DNA of 64,000 bases, taken from positions 61,732-125,731 of the forward strand of contig CAWCPU010000010.1 of the NCBI GenBank assembly GCA_963797545.1. Direction: 5' to 3'. The notes under the pieces are model-generated. The model did not search any database. It saw only the letters and a list, made by a program, of their open reading frames with translations, and was not told where the DNA came from. This DNA comes from an uncultured delta proteobacterium. GTDB lineage: Bacteria; Desulfobacterota; Binatia; UTPRO1. Both the position numbers and the translations under genes were made by a program. Shown here piece by piece: positions 28,037 through 37,616 of this stretch. Position 1 is the stretch's first letter. Each line of letters begins with the position of its first letter.

Positions 28037-29938
28037 TCAGCTGCGGAGACGCGGGTGCTCGTAGCCCGCGACACCGTCGTAGAGAAGGATCTTGGTCAGT
28101 GGTCCGACGATACCATCGGGTGGCAGACGGCGCGAGCGTTGGAAGCGTGCGATCGCCTCGGCCGTCTCGCGATCATAGCGGCGTGAGGGATCGTCGCGGT
28201 ACTCGCCGAGCCGCCCGAGGAGCTGCTGCAACCGCTCGACCTCCGGTCCGGCGCTTCCGAGGGCGAGGTATGGAGGGAACCGTTCAAAGTCGCGCCAGAA
28301 GAGGTGCGCGTCGCCGAGCCAGGCGGCGCTCATCGCGTCGCCGTCGAGCGTCGCTTCCGCGGAGCCGAATCGCATCACCGGGCCGGTCGCGTCCACGCGC
28401 GCCAGGAGCGCGAACCGGCGCTGGCCCGAGCCGGGAAGCGACAGCTCCAGTACCGCGGGAAGGTTCAAGAGCTCGAGGCGCGCGAGATTGCCGCTCGCCG
28501 GCAGATAGCGCAGCCCGCGACGCGCGGCGATCGCCGCGAGATCGAGACTCGGGGCGGCCCGCTCCTCGGGCCGGAGCGGCTCGGCCTTCCATGCCGCGAG
28601 GAGCGCATCGACGGCGACGATCGCCGCCTCGCGATGGTCGACCGCGGCGAGCGCGTTCCAGAGCTCGCGTGCTCCCGGCGCTCCCTCCGGCGACGCGTCG
28701 GCCGGTGATGCGGCGGTTCCGGATGCGGCGAGCCCGTCTTCGGTCCCCGGCGCGCCTTCGGGAGCGCCGGCGCGCTCGGCCGGCGCCGCGTCGCCATCGA
28801 CGGGCGGTGCCGCGGCCGCGGGCGCGGTATCGGCTGCGGCGACGGTCGCCGGTCCGCCGTCCGGCGCGCTCGCGGTCGTCGAGTCTCCGGCGGGGGGCGC
28901 TGCGGCGACGTCGGCCGCGGCGGGTTCTTCCGGTGCGAGCGGCGGCGCCGGATCCCCGCTCGTCGCCGTTGCGGCGGCGAGAGCCGCGCTCGGCGCCTCG
29001 GAGGTCGCGCTCCGCGCCGGCGGTCGGAGCGCGCTGAACGCAGCAGCGACGGCGAGAGTCGCCGCGGCAGCGGTCGCACCGACGACGCGCCAGCCGGTCG
29101 TGAGACCGAGGCGGCGGCGAACGCCGGCGTCGTCACGGCGGAGCTCGCGCACGGCACGCGCGGCAACGCGGCTGGTCAGCGTGCGGCGCTCTTCGGTGTA
29201 GCCGATCAAGAGCGCGCGGTGCGCGGCGATGTTGATGAGTCGGGGGACGCCGCGCGAATACCAGTAGACGCGGCGCAGCGCCGCCGGGGTGAAGAGGACC
29301 GCCGCCTGGGCACCGCCCGCGATGCGCAACCGGTGTCGAACGTATGCCGCGGTCTCGTCACGATCGAGCGTCGCGAGGTGCCAGCGCACGGTGATGCGCT
29401 GGTTCAGCTGCTGCAGGTCGGAGCGACCGAGCATGTCGCGGAGCTCCGGCTGGCCGACGAGCACGATCTGCACGAGCTTGTCGGTCTCGGTCTCGAGGTT
29501 CGACAGCAGCCGGAGCTGCTCGAGCACGGACGGTGCGAGGTTCTGCGCCTCGTCGACGATGACGATCACCCGCCGTCCTTGCTCTCGCTGCGCGACCAGG
29601 AAGCGGTTCAGCGCGTCCACGAGCTCCTTCTTGCTGGCCGAGCTCGATGCCAACCCGAACTCGCTGTTGATCGTCTGCAGCAGCTCGAGGTCGGAGAGGG
29701 CGGGATTGAAGACGTAGGCGACGACGGTGTTCGACTCGAGCTCACGCAAGAGCGTGCGCAGGAGCGTCGTCTTGCCGGTCCCGATCTCGCCGGTGACCGC
29801 GACGAAGCCGGCGCCCTCGCGAATGCCGAACAACAGGTGTCCGAGCGCTTCGCGGTGATGCTTGCTCAGGAAGAGATAGTGGGGGTCCGGGGTGAGCCGG
29901 AACGGCAGCTCCCGGAGACCGTAAAAGCCTTCATACAT
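28037..29938 (-). CDS. ExeA/GspA family AAA ATPase with C-terminal peptidoglycan-binding domain
   Basis: MYEGFYGLRELPFRLTPDP, TGEIGTGKT, IVDEAQNL, LVGQPEL, GVPRLIN; C-terminal AIARFQ..PDGIVGPLT. Confidence 0.9.
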   Translation of the reverse strand: MYEGFYGLRELPFRLTPDPHYLFLSKHHREALGHLLFGIREGAGFVAVTGEIGTGKTTLLRTLLRELESNTVVAYVFNPALSDLELLQTINSEFGLASSSASKKELVDALNRFLVAQREQGRRVIVIVDEAQNLAPSVLEQLRLLSNLETETDKLVQIVLVGQPELRDMLGRSDLQQLNQRITVRWHLATLDRDETAAYVRHRLRIAGGAQAAVLFTPAALRRVYWYSRGVPRLINIAAHRALLIGYTEERRTLTSRVAARAVRELRRDDAGVRRRLGLTTGWRVVGATAAAATLAVAAAFSALRPPARSATSEAPSAALAAATATSGDPAPPLAPEEPAAADVAAAPPAGDSTTASAPDGGPATVAAADTAPAAAAPPVDGDAAPAERAGAPEGAPGTEDGLAASGTAASPADASPEGAPGARELWNALAAVDHREAAIVAVDALLAAWKAEPLRPEERAAPSLDLAAIAARRGLRYLPASGNLARLELLNLPAVLELSLPGSGQRRFALLARVDATGPVMRFGSAEATLDGDAMSAAWLGDAHLFWRDFERFPPYLALGSAGPEVERLQQLLGRLGEYRDDPSRRYDRETAEAIARFQRSRRLPPDGIVGPLTKILLYDGVAGYEHPRLRS

Positions 29939-30003
29939 CGGCGCGACCGGGCGAATCATCGGATAGGACCCGGAGCTTTGCAAGACGAGTCGCCCCCACG
30001 CCG

Positions 30004-31572
30004 TCAGCGCGTTTCGCGCCGGTAGGGGTCGCCACGATAGCGGCTGATCGCGCCCGCCACCGCGAGCGCGACGACCAGCCACGAGAAGGCGTCGCCGACT
30101 GTCGCGTAGACCGTCGATTGCTCGAGCAGACGCACCTCGACGGGGACGGCCGCGGCCTCGAAGAGCGGTAGCGCGACGGTCACCTCGCCGGCCGCCGTGA
30201 TCGCGCTCGTGAGCCCGGTGTTGGTCGCGCGGACGAAGTCGCGCCGGGTCTCGACGGCGCGCCAGATCGCGAGCGCTTGATGCTGCTCCGGCTCGGCGCT
30301 CCGGCCGTACCACGCGTCGTTCGTCAGGTTGACGAGGAGCGTCGCGCCCTTGCGAACGGCGTCGCGTGCCGGTCCCGGGATCACGTCCTCGTAGCAGATG
30401 AGCGGCGCGATTCGCGCGGCCGTGGTCGCCGCGAGCACCACCGCCTCGCTGCCGGCGGTGAAGTCGCTGGTCGCCGGGCTGAGCTCACGGAGGCGCGGGA
30501 AGCGATCGCCGAAAGGCATGTACTCACCGAACGGCACCAGGACCCGCTTGTCGTACCGGCCGGCGACGCCGCCGTCCTCGCGGACCAAGAACGCGCTGTT
30601 GAAGAGTCGGCGCCGGCCGCCGACGGTGCCGATCGCCAGGCCGCCGAACAGCAACGGGCGGGGCGCGTTCGCGAAGGGATTCTCCGCGCCGACGAGGACG
30701 GCCACGTCCGTGCGGATATGCTGTTGGACGACGGTCTCCGGCCAGACGAGCAGATCGACGTCGGGTGCGACGGTGCGGGAGAGCCGTCGGTACTCCTCGA
30801 GGTTGCGGGTGAAGAAGCTCCGATCGCCTTTGCGCTCGACGCCGATGTTGCCCTGCACGATCCCGACCCGGTACGCCGGCGCCGCGGCGCGGGCCTCCCG
30901 TACCGCGGCCATGCGCCATGCGCCGTAGACGACCAGCGCCGTGAGCGTGGCGACCGCCGGAACGACCGTCCGCAGCGCCGTGCGGGTCGCCGCGCGGCGC
31001 TGGCGGCCGGCGCGGACGAGGCGCGATGCGGCGAGGACGGCTGCGCCCGTCCATACGATCGTGAAGCTCAGCAGCGCCGGGCCCGCGAGGTCGCCGGTCT
31101 GCAGCAAGATCGGCAGGCGGTACTGGGTGTGCGCGAGACGCCACGGGAAGAGCGACGGGAAGAGGAACTCGACGGCGGTGAAGGCGACCGGCGCGCCGAA
31201 GCCGCAGGGTAGGGGACCGAGGATCGCGAGCGCGCCGGCGAAGCAGCCGATCTCGAGCGCCATCCACCCGACCGGCGCGACGTAGATTGCAATCGCGAGC
31301 GGCGTCGAGAAGCCGCCGAAGACGCGGAAGGCATACACCAGCCACGCGAACGCGACGGCGATGCCGGCGGCGCCGGCGAGCGTGCCGAATGCAAACGCAC
31401 GGCGTGGGCTCGAGCGTTCGGCGATCGCGATGAGCGGGGCGATGGCGAGCCACGGCAGCAGCCACAACCGGAAGTCGACGAAGCTGAGGCCGAGCGCGAC
31501 GCCCGCGGCGATCGCGACGAGCGCGTCGCGGCGCGTCGCGCGGCGAGCGCGTCGAGCCGGCGCTGGCGACCG
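30004..31572 (-). CDS. lnt: Apolipoprotein N-acyltransferase (start codon unresolved)
   Basis: VGIVQGNI, LLVWPETV, YDKRVLVPFGEYMP, LICYEDV, NLTNDAWYG, RATNTGLT. No clear ATG/GTG/TTG at the expected 5' end, so the coordinate is approximate. Confidence 0.88.
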   Translation of the reverse strand, partial: RSPAPARRARRATRRDALVAIAAGVALGLSFVDFRLWLLPWLAIAPLIAIAERSSPRRAFAFGTLAGAAGIAVAFAWLVYAFRVFGGFSTPLAIAIYVAPVGWMALEIGCFAGALAILGPLPCGFGAPVAFTAVEFLFPSLFPWRLAHTQYRLPILLQTGDLAGPALLSFTIVWTGAAVLAASRLVRAGRQRRAATRTALRTVVPAVATLTALVVYGAWRMAAVREARAAAPAYRVGIVQGNIGVERKGDRSFFTRNLEEYRRLSRTVAPDVDLLVWPETVVQQHIRTDVAVLVGAENPFANAPRPLLFGGLAIGTVGGRRRLFNSAFLVREDGGVAGRYDKRVLVPFGEYMPFGDRFPRLRELSPATSDFTAGSEAVVLAATTAARIAPLICYEDVIPGPARDAVRKGATLLVNLTNDAWYGRSAEPEQHQALAIWRAVETRRDFVRATNTGLTSAITAAGEVTVALPLFEAAAVPVEVRLLEQSTVYATVGDAFSWLVVALAVAGAISRYRGDPYRRETR

Positions 31573-31573
31573 C

Positions 31574-32938
31574 TCAGGGGAGCGCGACGATCGCGAGGTC
31601 GTTCGGGAACGAGTCGACGGTGTCTCCCGTCGAGTTTTGCAGTGGGCCGGTGCTCGTCGCCGGGAGATCGGCGAGGCCGCCGTCCGGTTGGATGCGGAAG
31701 CCGTCGACGCGGCCGAGACCGCCCTCCGCCACGTACAGCACCGAGCCGGTCGGATCGGCGGTGAGCGCGACCGGAAGCGCATCGGGGTCCTCGGCGGTGC
31801 GGCTGAAGGTCCGCGACGGCAGCAAGCCGTCCTCGAGGCGATAGACGTCGACGCGTCCCTGGTTGAAGACGCTGGCGTACAGCACCGAGCCGTCCGGACG
31901 ATCGACCTTGAGCAGGTTCTGCGGCACGCCGAGCCGTTTGGTGCTGCTGGTGTCGTTGCCGCCGATGACGCCCGCGCTGTCGATCTGAAACGTGAAGATC
32001 CGCCGGCTGACCTCCTCGCCGATGAAGAGGCGCCCGACCGGGACGTCCGGCGTCGGCACGAACAGCAGGTCGGTGACGAACGCGCCGCCGATCGACGAGG
32101 TCGTCGTCGACACCGAGTGCGCATCGATGCAGGCGGCGTCCATCTCGCCGGTCGTCGGCAGGATGCGCGGCAGGAACTGGCCGTTCCGCCGCTCGTAGAT
32201 GTCGATCGACGTCCGGCCGGCGGCGACGATGAAGCCGCTGCTCGCCAGCGTCACCGCCGCGTACTCGGTCTTGTTCGGCGCGACCGCGCAGGAGGTCGGC
32301 ACGTCCGGGATCGTGCCGTCGTCGGCGATCGTGTAGGCGTCGAGACGGTTCGCACCGCGAGAGCCGACGTAGAGCACGCCGTTGGTGCCGACCGTCGGAT
32401 CGATGAGGACGTCGATCGGGTCGAGATCCTCCTTGACGCCGGGGACGACCTCCTTCTCCGCCAGCGTCTGGTCGATGCAGCGGCTGCCGCCGGCGCCGGC
32501 CAGCCGAAAGACCTGGATGCGTTTGCGGGTCGCGACGTACAGCAACGTCGGGTCGTTCGGATGCACGATCACGCGCCGCGGGTTGTCGGCGGTCGCGATC
32601 AGCGCTTCCGGCGCGGCGCCGGCGCGCGGGTCGCCGTTGCCGACGAGCAGCCCCGTCGACCCGACGCGATAGATCGCCAGGCCGCGGACGTTGCCGGCGC
32701 CGAGCTCGCACGCCGTGTCGGTCGGTGCGACGCACTCGCCGGCGGTGCACTCGTTGTGCGTCTCGACCGCGATCAGCACACGGTCGCTCGGAGTCGCGTC
32801 GAACTCCGTTCCGGCGGGGAGCTGGAAGCTCCGGTTCTTGCCGCCGCCGCCGCCGCAGCTGGCGACGGCGAACGCGAGGGCGATCGTCGCGAGCGAGACG
32901 CGGCCCCGTCGATTCCTCAGCGTCGCCGCGTCCCGCAT
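31574..32938 (-). CDS. Lipoprotein, probable beta-propeller (lactonase-like)
   Basis: Lipobox-like VASC then GGGGG; repeats HPNDPTLLYVA, DPTVG..VLYVG, DPTGSVLYVAEG..VDGFRIQPDGGL. Confidence 0.6.
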   Translation of the reverse strand: MRDAATLRNRRGRVSLATIALAFAVASCGGGGGKNRSFQLPAGTEFDATPSDRVLIAVETHNECTAGECVAPTDTACELGAGNVRGLAIYRVGSTGLLVGNGDPRAGAAPEALIATADNPRRVIVHPNDPTLLYVATRKRIQVFRLAGAGGSRCIDQTLAEKEVVPGVKEDLDPIDVLIDPTVGTNGVLYVGSRGANRLDAYTIADDGTIPDVPTSCAVAPNKTEYAAVTLASSGFIVAAGRTSIDIYERRNGQFLPRILPTTGEMDAACIDAHSVSTTTSSIGGAFVTDLLFVPTPDVPVGRLFIGEEVSRRIFTFQIDSAGVIGGNDTSSTKRLGVPQNLLKVDRPDGSVLYASVFNQGRVDVYRLEDGLLPSRTFSRTAEDPDALPVALTADPTGSVLYVAEGGLGRVDGFRIQPDGGLADLPATSTGPLQNSTGDTVDSFPNDLAIVALP

Positions 32939-33100
32939 GCCGCCTCGCGCATCCACGTGCGGCGGCGTGTATCGTATTCGTTCGTGCGCGTCCATAAGGT
33001 CCGACGGCGACGCGGCCGCGCCGACGACCAGGTCGGGGGCGACGAGCGTTCGATGCCGTGCGCGTTGGCATCGCGCGCGAACTGCGGTATCAGCGCGTCG

Positions 33101-33940
33101 ATGAGGAGCGGCCTGCGCGCGCGGCGGACACGACTCGGCGGAGCGGCGGTGGTGCTGGTGATCGTCGTCGCGGCGTGGCTCGCCGCCGCGACCGGTGCCG
33201 TCGCCGACGAGCTCTCGGCGGACGAGATCATGCGCCGGAACTTCATGGTCGGGAAGGTCCGCGACTCGCGCGCCGAGATCACGATGACGCTCATCAACGC
33301 CGGCGGCGACCGCCGCGAGCGCTCGACGCTCGGCTTCACCAAGCTCGCCGAGAACGGCGTCGATCAGAGGCGCGTGGTGCGCTTCCTCACACCCGCCGAC
33401 GTGAAGGGGACCGCGACGCTTCTCATCGAGCATTCCGACGGCGACGACGACATCTGGATCTACCTGCCGGCGCTGCGCAAGGTCCGCCGACTGGTCGCGA
33501 ACAACAAGAAGGACAGTTTCGTCGGCACCGACTTCTCATACGGCGACGTGATCGGGCACAAGGTGGAAGGGTGGACGCACCAGCTCGTCGGCAAGGAGAG
33601 CGTCGACGGTGTCGACACCTTCGTCGTCGAGTCCGTGCCGCGTACCGACGCCGTCCGCGACACCAGCGGCTACGCCAAGCGCAAGACGTGGATTCGGCAG
33701 GACAACTTCGTCGCGATCAAGGGCCAGTACTGGGACACCAGCGGCGCCCTGCTGAAGGAGAGCACGGGTCGCGACGTCCGCGAGATCGATCCCGCCGAGC
33801 ACAAGTGGCAGGCCTTCACGCTCACCATGCGGAACGTGCAGACCGGCCACAGCACGGAGATCGTCTGGAAGAAGCTCGAGGTGGGCGTCGGGCTCGGCGA
33901 CGACGTCTTCACCGAGCGCTACCTCGAGAAGGAAAGCTGA
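33101..33940 (+). CDS. Outer-membrane lipoprotein-sorting (LolA-like) protein
   Basis: FLTPADVKGTATL, DDIWIYLPALRKVRRL, SFVGTDFSYGD, DDVFTERYL. Confidence 0.85.
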   Translation: MRSGLRARRTRLGGAAVVLVIVVAAWLAAATGAVADELSADEIMRRNFMVGKVRDSRAEITMTLINAGGDRRERSTLGFTKLAENGVDQRRVVRFLTPADVKGTATLLIEHSDGDDDIWIYLPALRKVRRLVANNKKDSFVGTDFSYGDVIGHKVEGWTHQLVGKESVDGVDTFVVESVPRTDAVRDTSGYAKRKTWIRQDNFVAIKGQYWDTSGALLKESTGRDVREIDPAEHKWQAFTLTMRNVQTGHSTEIVWKKLEVGVGLGDDVFTERYLEKES

Positions 33941-33948
33941 GCGCGCGC

Positions 33949-35331
33949 GTGCCGGGCGCGCGACGGCGCGCGGTCGCACCGTGCTGGCCGCTGCTCCTCC
34001 TCGCCGCGATCCTCGTTGCCGGCCGCGCGGTTGCGGCAGACGGCTTGCATGAACGGCTCGTCGCCGCCGGGTTCAGTGGGTCGGTCTCGCTCCAGTACTT
34101 CAGCTCGAACCACGGCATCGACGATCGGCGACACTTCCCCGGTCTGCACCTGATCCTGAAGCAACGGCAGAGCCTGGGCGACGGCGTGCGGTGGGTCGCG
34201 GAAGGCCGCGTGCTCGCCGATCAGGTCGGCCACGAGGACGACGACGCGACCCACTGGTCGGCGCGGAGCGTGCGCTACGCCGACGAGGTCACCAGCGAGC
34301 TGCGCGAAGGCTACCTCGAAGTCGCACGCGAGCATTGGGAGCTTCACGTCGGGCGCCAGATGATCGTCTGGGGGCGCGCCGACGAGATCAATCCGACCGA
34401 CGTCATCACCCCGAAGAACTTTCTGCTGCTGATGCCGGAAGGCCAGCCGGGCTACCGGTTCGGCGCCAACGCCGTCAAGCTCGATGCGTTCCTGCCATGG
34501 TCGCTGCGGGCGACCGGCGTCTGGGTGCCGTTCTTCACGCCTTCGGTCATTCCGCTGGCGATCCCGCGCGGCGTGCATCTCGAGGAGCGGTTGCCGGCGA
34601 CGTCGCTGCGCGACGGCTCCGCCGGCGTCAAGCTCGACCGCACCGGCGGCAAGGTCGACGGGTCGCTCTCGTACTTCTACGGGTTCAATCTCCTGCCCGA
34701 GGTGCGGGTCGACGAAGCGCGACAGGATCCGCTCACCGGAGCGCTCGCGGCGCGCGTCGCGCTGACGCACGCGCGCCAGCACATGGTCGGCGTCGACGCT
34801 GCGACCGCGCACGGGCGCTTCGGCTACCGGGCGGAAATCGCCTACGTCCACACCGGGAATCCCGCGGGGCGGCGTTTCGATGAAGTCACGCCGTATCTCT
34901 TCTACGTCCTCGGCATCGAGCGCAGCTTCTTCGAGAATCTGAGCGTGATCGTGCAGTACGTCGGCCGGTGGGTTCCCGAGCGCGTCGATCCCGCTCGGGC
35001 GCTCGCCGACGCCGATCCGGTGCGCGGCCGCGCCCGCTTTCTCGCCGCGCGGGAGACGTTCGTCATCAACCAGCAGCTCGATTCGGTGCAGAACGGCTGG
35101 TCGTTGCGTCTCGACAAGAAGTACTGGAACGACACGCTCGATTGCGAGCTGCTCTCCCTCCACTACCTCGAGCGCAACGATTTCTATCTCCGTCCGAAGA
35201 TCAGCTACGAGATCACCGACGCGTGGCGCGGAACGGTCGGCGGCGAGATCTTCGGCGGGCCGCGGCACTCGTTCTTCGGTCGCGTGCGAAAGAACACCGG
35301 AGCGTTCGTCGAGCTCGCGTACAGCTTCTGA
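33949..35331 (+). CDS. Putative outer-membrane beta-barrel, DUF1302-like
   Basis: ELREGYLE, VGRQMIVWGRADEINPTDVITP, C-terminal VELAYSF; start approximate (GTG). Confidence 0.65.
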   Translation: MPGARRRAVAPCWPLLLLAAILVAGRAVAADGLHERLVAAGFSGSVSLQYFSSNHGIDDRRHFPGLHLILKQRQSLGDGVRWVAEGRVLADQVGHEDDDATHWSARSVRYADEVTSELREGYLEVAREHWELHVGRQMIVWGRADEINPTDVITPKNFLLLMPEGQPGYRFGANAVKLDAFLPWSLRATGVWVPFFTPSVIPLAIPRGVHLEERLPATSLRDGSAGVKLDRTGGKVDGSLSYFYGFNLLPEVRVDEARQDPLTGALAARVALTHARQHMVGVDAATAHGRFGYRAEIAYVHTGNPAGRRFDEVTPYLFYVLGIERSFFENLSVIVQYVGRWVPERVDPARALADADPVRGRARFLAARETFVINQQLDSVQNGWSLRLDKKYWNDTLDCELLSLHYLERNDFYLRPKISYEITDAWRGTVGGEIFGGPRHSFFGRVRKNTGAFVELAYSF

Positions 35332-35346
35332 ACCGCCCACGGAGCG

Positions 35347-36360
35347 TCATCCTGCACTCGGTAGGACCGCGACCTTGATCGCGCCGGAGGTCTTGTCGGC
35401 CGCGATCGCGAAGCCGCGCGCGACGTCGGCGAGCGGCACGCGGTGCGTGATCAGCCGCTGGAGGCGTACGCACTCGCGGGCGAGGAGGTCGAGCGCGTGG
35501 ACGAAATCGGGCTCACCGCGCCGGCAGTAGGTCATCGAGGAGACGAGGCGGACCTCCTTCATCAAGAAGCGCAACGGGTCGAGCGCGATCGGCTGCGTGA
35601 ACATCCCGAGTCCGACGATGCGGCCGCCGGGCCGGACGACCTCGAGCGCGAGATCGAGCGTCCCGCCGGCGCCGCCGACCGTCTCGAGGACGACGTCCGG
35701 ACGGTCGTCGGCGCACGCGGCGAGGACCGCAGCGCGGTCGGCGTCGAGGACGCGCGTCGCGCCGAGATCACGCGCGGCGGCGCGCTGTTGGGCGTAGCGC
35801 GCGCTGATCGTCACGTCGGCGCCGCGGTCGGCGACGACGAAGGCCGCGAGGAGACCGATGACGCCGGCACCGAGCACCAGGACGCGCTCCCCCGGCTCGA
35901 TCGCCGCGAGGTGTGCGGCATGCACGCCGACCGCGAGCGGCTCGGCGAGCATGGCGATGTCGAGATCGATCGCGGACGGTACGCGGTAGACCGTCGAGGC
36001 CGGGACCGCGACGGCGTCGGCGAGGCCCCCCGGCGCCCGATTGCCGAGGATCCGAAGCCGGGCGCAGAGGTTGGGCTCGCCGGCTCGGCAGCGCGGGCAG
36101 GTGCCGCACGCCAGGAGCGGCTCCACGACGACGGGGTCGCCGACCGCGAACGGGCTCGAACCGGCGTCGGCGATCGTGCCGCTGATCTCGTGGCCGAGCG
36201 CCACCCGCGGAGGCGTCGCAGCGCCGCAGTAGTAGTGAAGGTCGCTGCCGCAGATCCCACAAGCATGCACCCGCACGATGACGCTGCCGGCCTGCGGAAG
36301 GGGATCTGGGAGCTGACGCAGCTCGATGTCGCGCGGAGTGAGAGAGAACGCTGCCCGCAT
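35347..36360 (-). CDS. Zn-dependent alcohol dehydrogenase (MDR) family
   Basis: CGICGSDLH, LGHEISG, CGTCPRCRAGEPNLC, EPLAVGVH, GAGVIG. Confidence 0.9.
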   Translation of the reverse strand: MRAAFSLTPRDIELRQLPDPLPQAGSVIVRVHACGICGSDLHYYCGAATPPRVALGHEISGTIADAGSSPFAVGDPVVVEPLLACGTCPRCRAGEPNLCARLRILGNRAPGGLADAVAVPASTVYRVPSAIDLDIAMLAEPLAVGVHAAHLAAIEPGERVLVLGAGVIGLLAAFVVADRGADVTISARYAQQRAAARDLGATRVLDADRAAVLAACADDRPDVVLETVGGAGGTLDLALEVVRPGGRIVGLGMFTQPIALDPLRFLMKEVRLVSSMTYCRRGEPDFVHALDLLARECVRLQRLITHRVPLADVARGFAIAADKTSGAIKVAVLPSAG

Positions 36361-36527
36361 GTCCCGTCCAGGTAGGAGGTCACTCCCGGCGACGCAAGTC
36401 TCCTATCGCTCAACAAGGTATCCCGGGCGTGCGATATCGCTCCGCGAAGAATTTGACGAATCGGTCGTCGGAGGGTACTCGATGGCCCGCGCTTCCCCGG
36501 CGCCTACTGCACAGGGAGGACGACCTC

Positions 36528-37124
36528 ATGAGGTTGATTGGCATGCGGCTCGCCCTGCTCGTGACTCTTCTCGTGGCGAGCGCGAGCGACATTCCGGCAC
36601 CGACGATACCCGTAGCTTCGGCTCCCGCAGCCGTTCGCCTGGCTTCGGCTGCGGTCGATCGATCCCGGTCGGACCTTGGCGCGGAGCCGTCGGTTGGCGC
36701 GCTCTCGGCGTGGAAGCGCATCCGAGCCGTTGCCGTGCTGGGTGCGGCGACGGATTCCGTGACGCGCCGTGGGAGCGCCGTGCATGCGGCAGGCTATGCG
36801 ATCCCGGCGGACCATCCGCGGCCTCCGCTCGGCGAGTTCAAGCTGACGGCGTATTCGGGTCCTCAGCTCGGCCAGGCGAAGCCGATAACGGCAACCGGCA
36901 CCGCGGCGCGCGCGGGTCGGACCGTCGCGGTCGACCCGAAGGTGATTCCGCTCGGATCTCGCGTGTACATCGAGGGTCTCGGGGAGCGAATCGCGGAGGA
37001 CATCGGCTCGGCTATCCGCGGTCGCCACATCGACGTCTACGTGCACACGGTGCCGCAGGCGAAGACGTTCGGCGTCAAGAGCCGGACCGTGAGCCTGGTC
37101 GCATTGCCCGACGATCAGGGCTGA
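36528..37124 (+). CDS. Exported 3D-domain (cell-wall lytic transglycosylase-like) protein
   Basis: GGGAGG RBS, signal peptide, LTAYS..TATGT..TVAVDPKVIPLGSRVYIEG..AEDIGSAIRGRHIDVY. Confidence 0.87.
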   Translation: MRLIGMRLALLVTLLVASASDIPAPTIPVASAPAAVRLASAAVDRSRSDLGAEPSVGALSAWKRIRAVAVLGAATDSVTRRGSAVHAAGYAIPADHPRPPLGEFKLTAYSGPQLGQAKPITATGTAARAGRTVAVDPKVIPLGSRVYIEGLGERIAEDIGSAIRGRHIDVYVHTVPQAKTFGVKSRTVSLVALPDDQG

Positions 37125-37173
37125 GGCAACGCCGGCTACGGCGCCCGCGCCGTTCCGGCTCGGCTCGGCCGGG

Positions 37174-37368
37174 CTGAGCGTTCGTCACCTCCGCGAGTCG
37201 ACGCGCGACGCCGAGTACGATCTCGCCATCCGGTAGGCAAACGAGGTGATCGCGGCCGGCGCCGTGCACCACGTGACCGAGGATCGCATCGAGATCAGGG
37301 CGACGGTCGCCGCCGACGGCGCCGAGCGCTACCGGACGACCTGGCAGCGCTCCTGGCGCGCGTCGTGA
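37174..37368 (+). pseudogene. Coding-like fragment with in-frame TAG and no start codon
   Basis: LSVRHLRESTRDAEYDLAIR*ANEVIAAGAVHHVTEDRIEIRATVAADGAERYRTTWQRSWRAS*; high GC3 codons on both sides of TAG 37234-37236. Confidence 0.3.
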
Positions 37369-37616
37369 AAGCACGGCCGCGTCCGGAACGGTGACCTGCG
37401 TCCGCGCGGGGCCGTTCGACTGGGAGATCGACCGCATCGCGCGTGACCGGAACGCGCGGCATGGAGCGGTGACGTCCAACGACTTCACGGCCGGGCGGCA
37501 TCCCTTGGTTGCTCGTTCGCGATCCTCTGGTATGGTGACGCGCTCGTGCAGCGCGTGACCCCGAGCTTGCCGCCGCCGGAGCTCTCCACGCACGACTCAG
37601 GGTGGCCGGTCGCGCG

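Noticed and set aside
37370-37616. Mn2+ (yybP-ykoY) or fluoride riboswitch upstream of the CaCA antiporter
   Set aside because: Neither the GGGGAGTA/CGTCA..TAC nor the GGCGATGG..AAACCGC..GCTGATGAC signature is present
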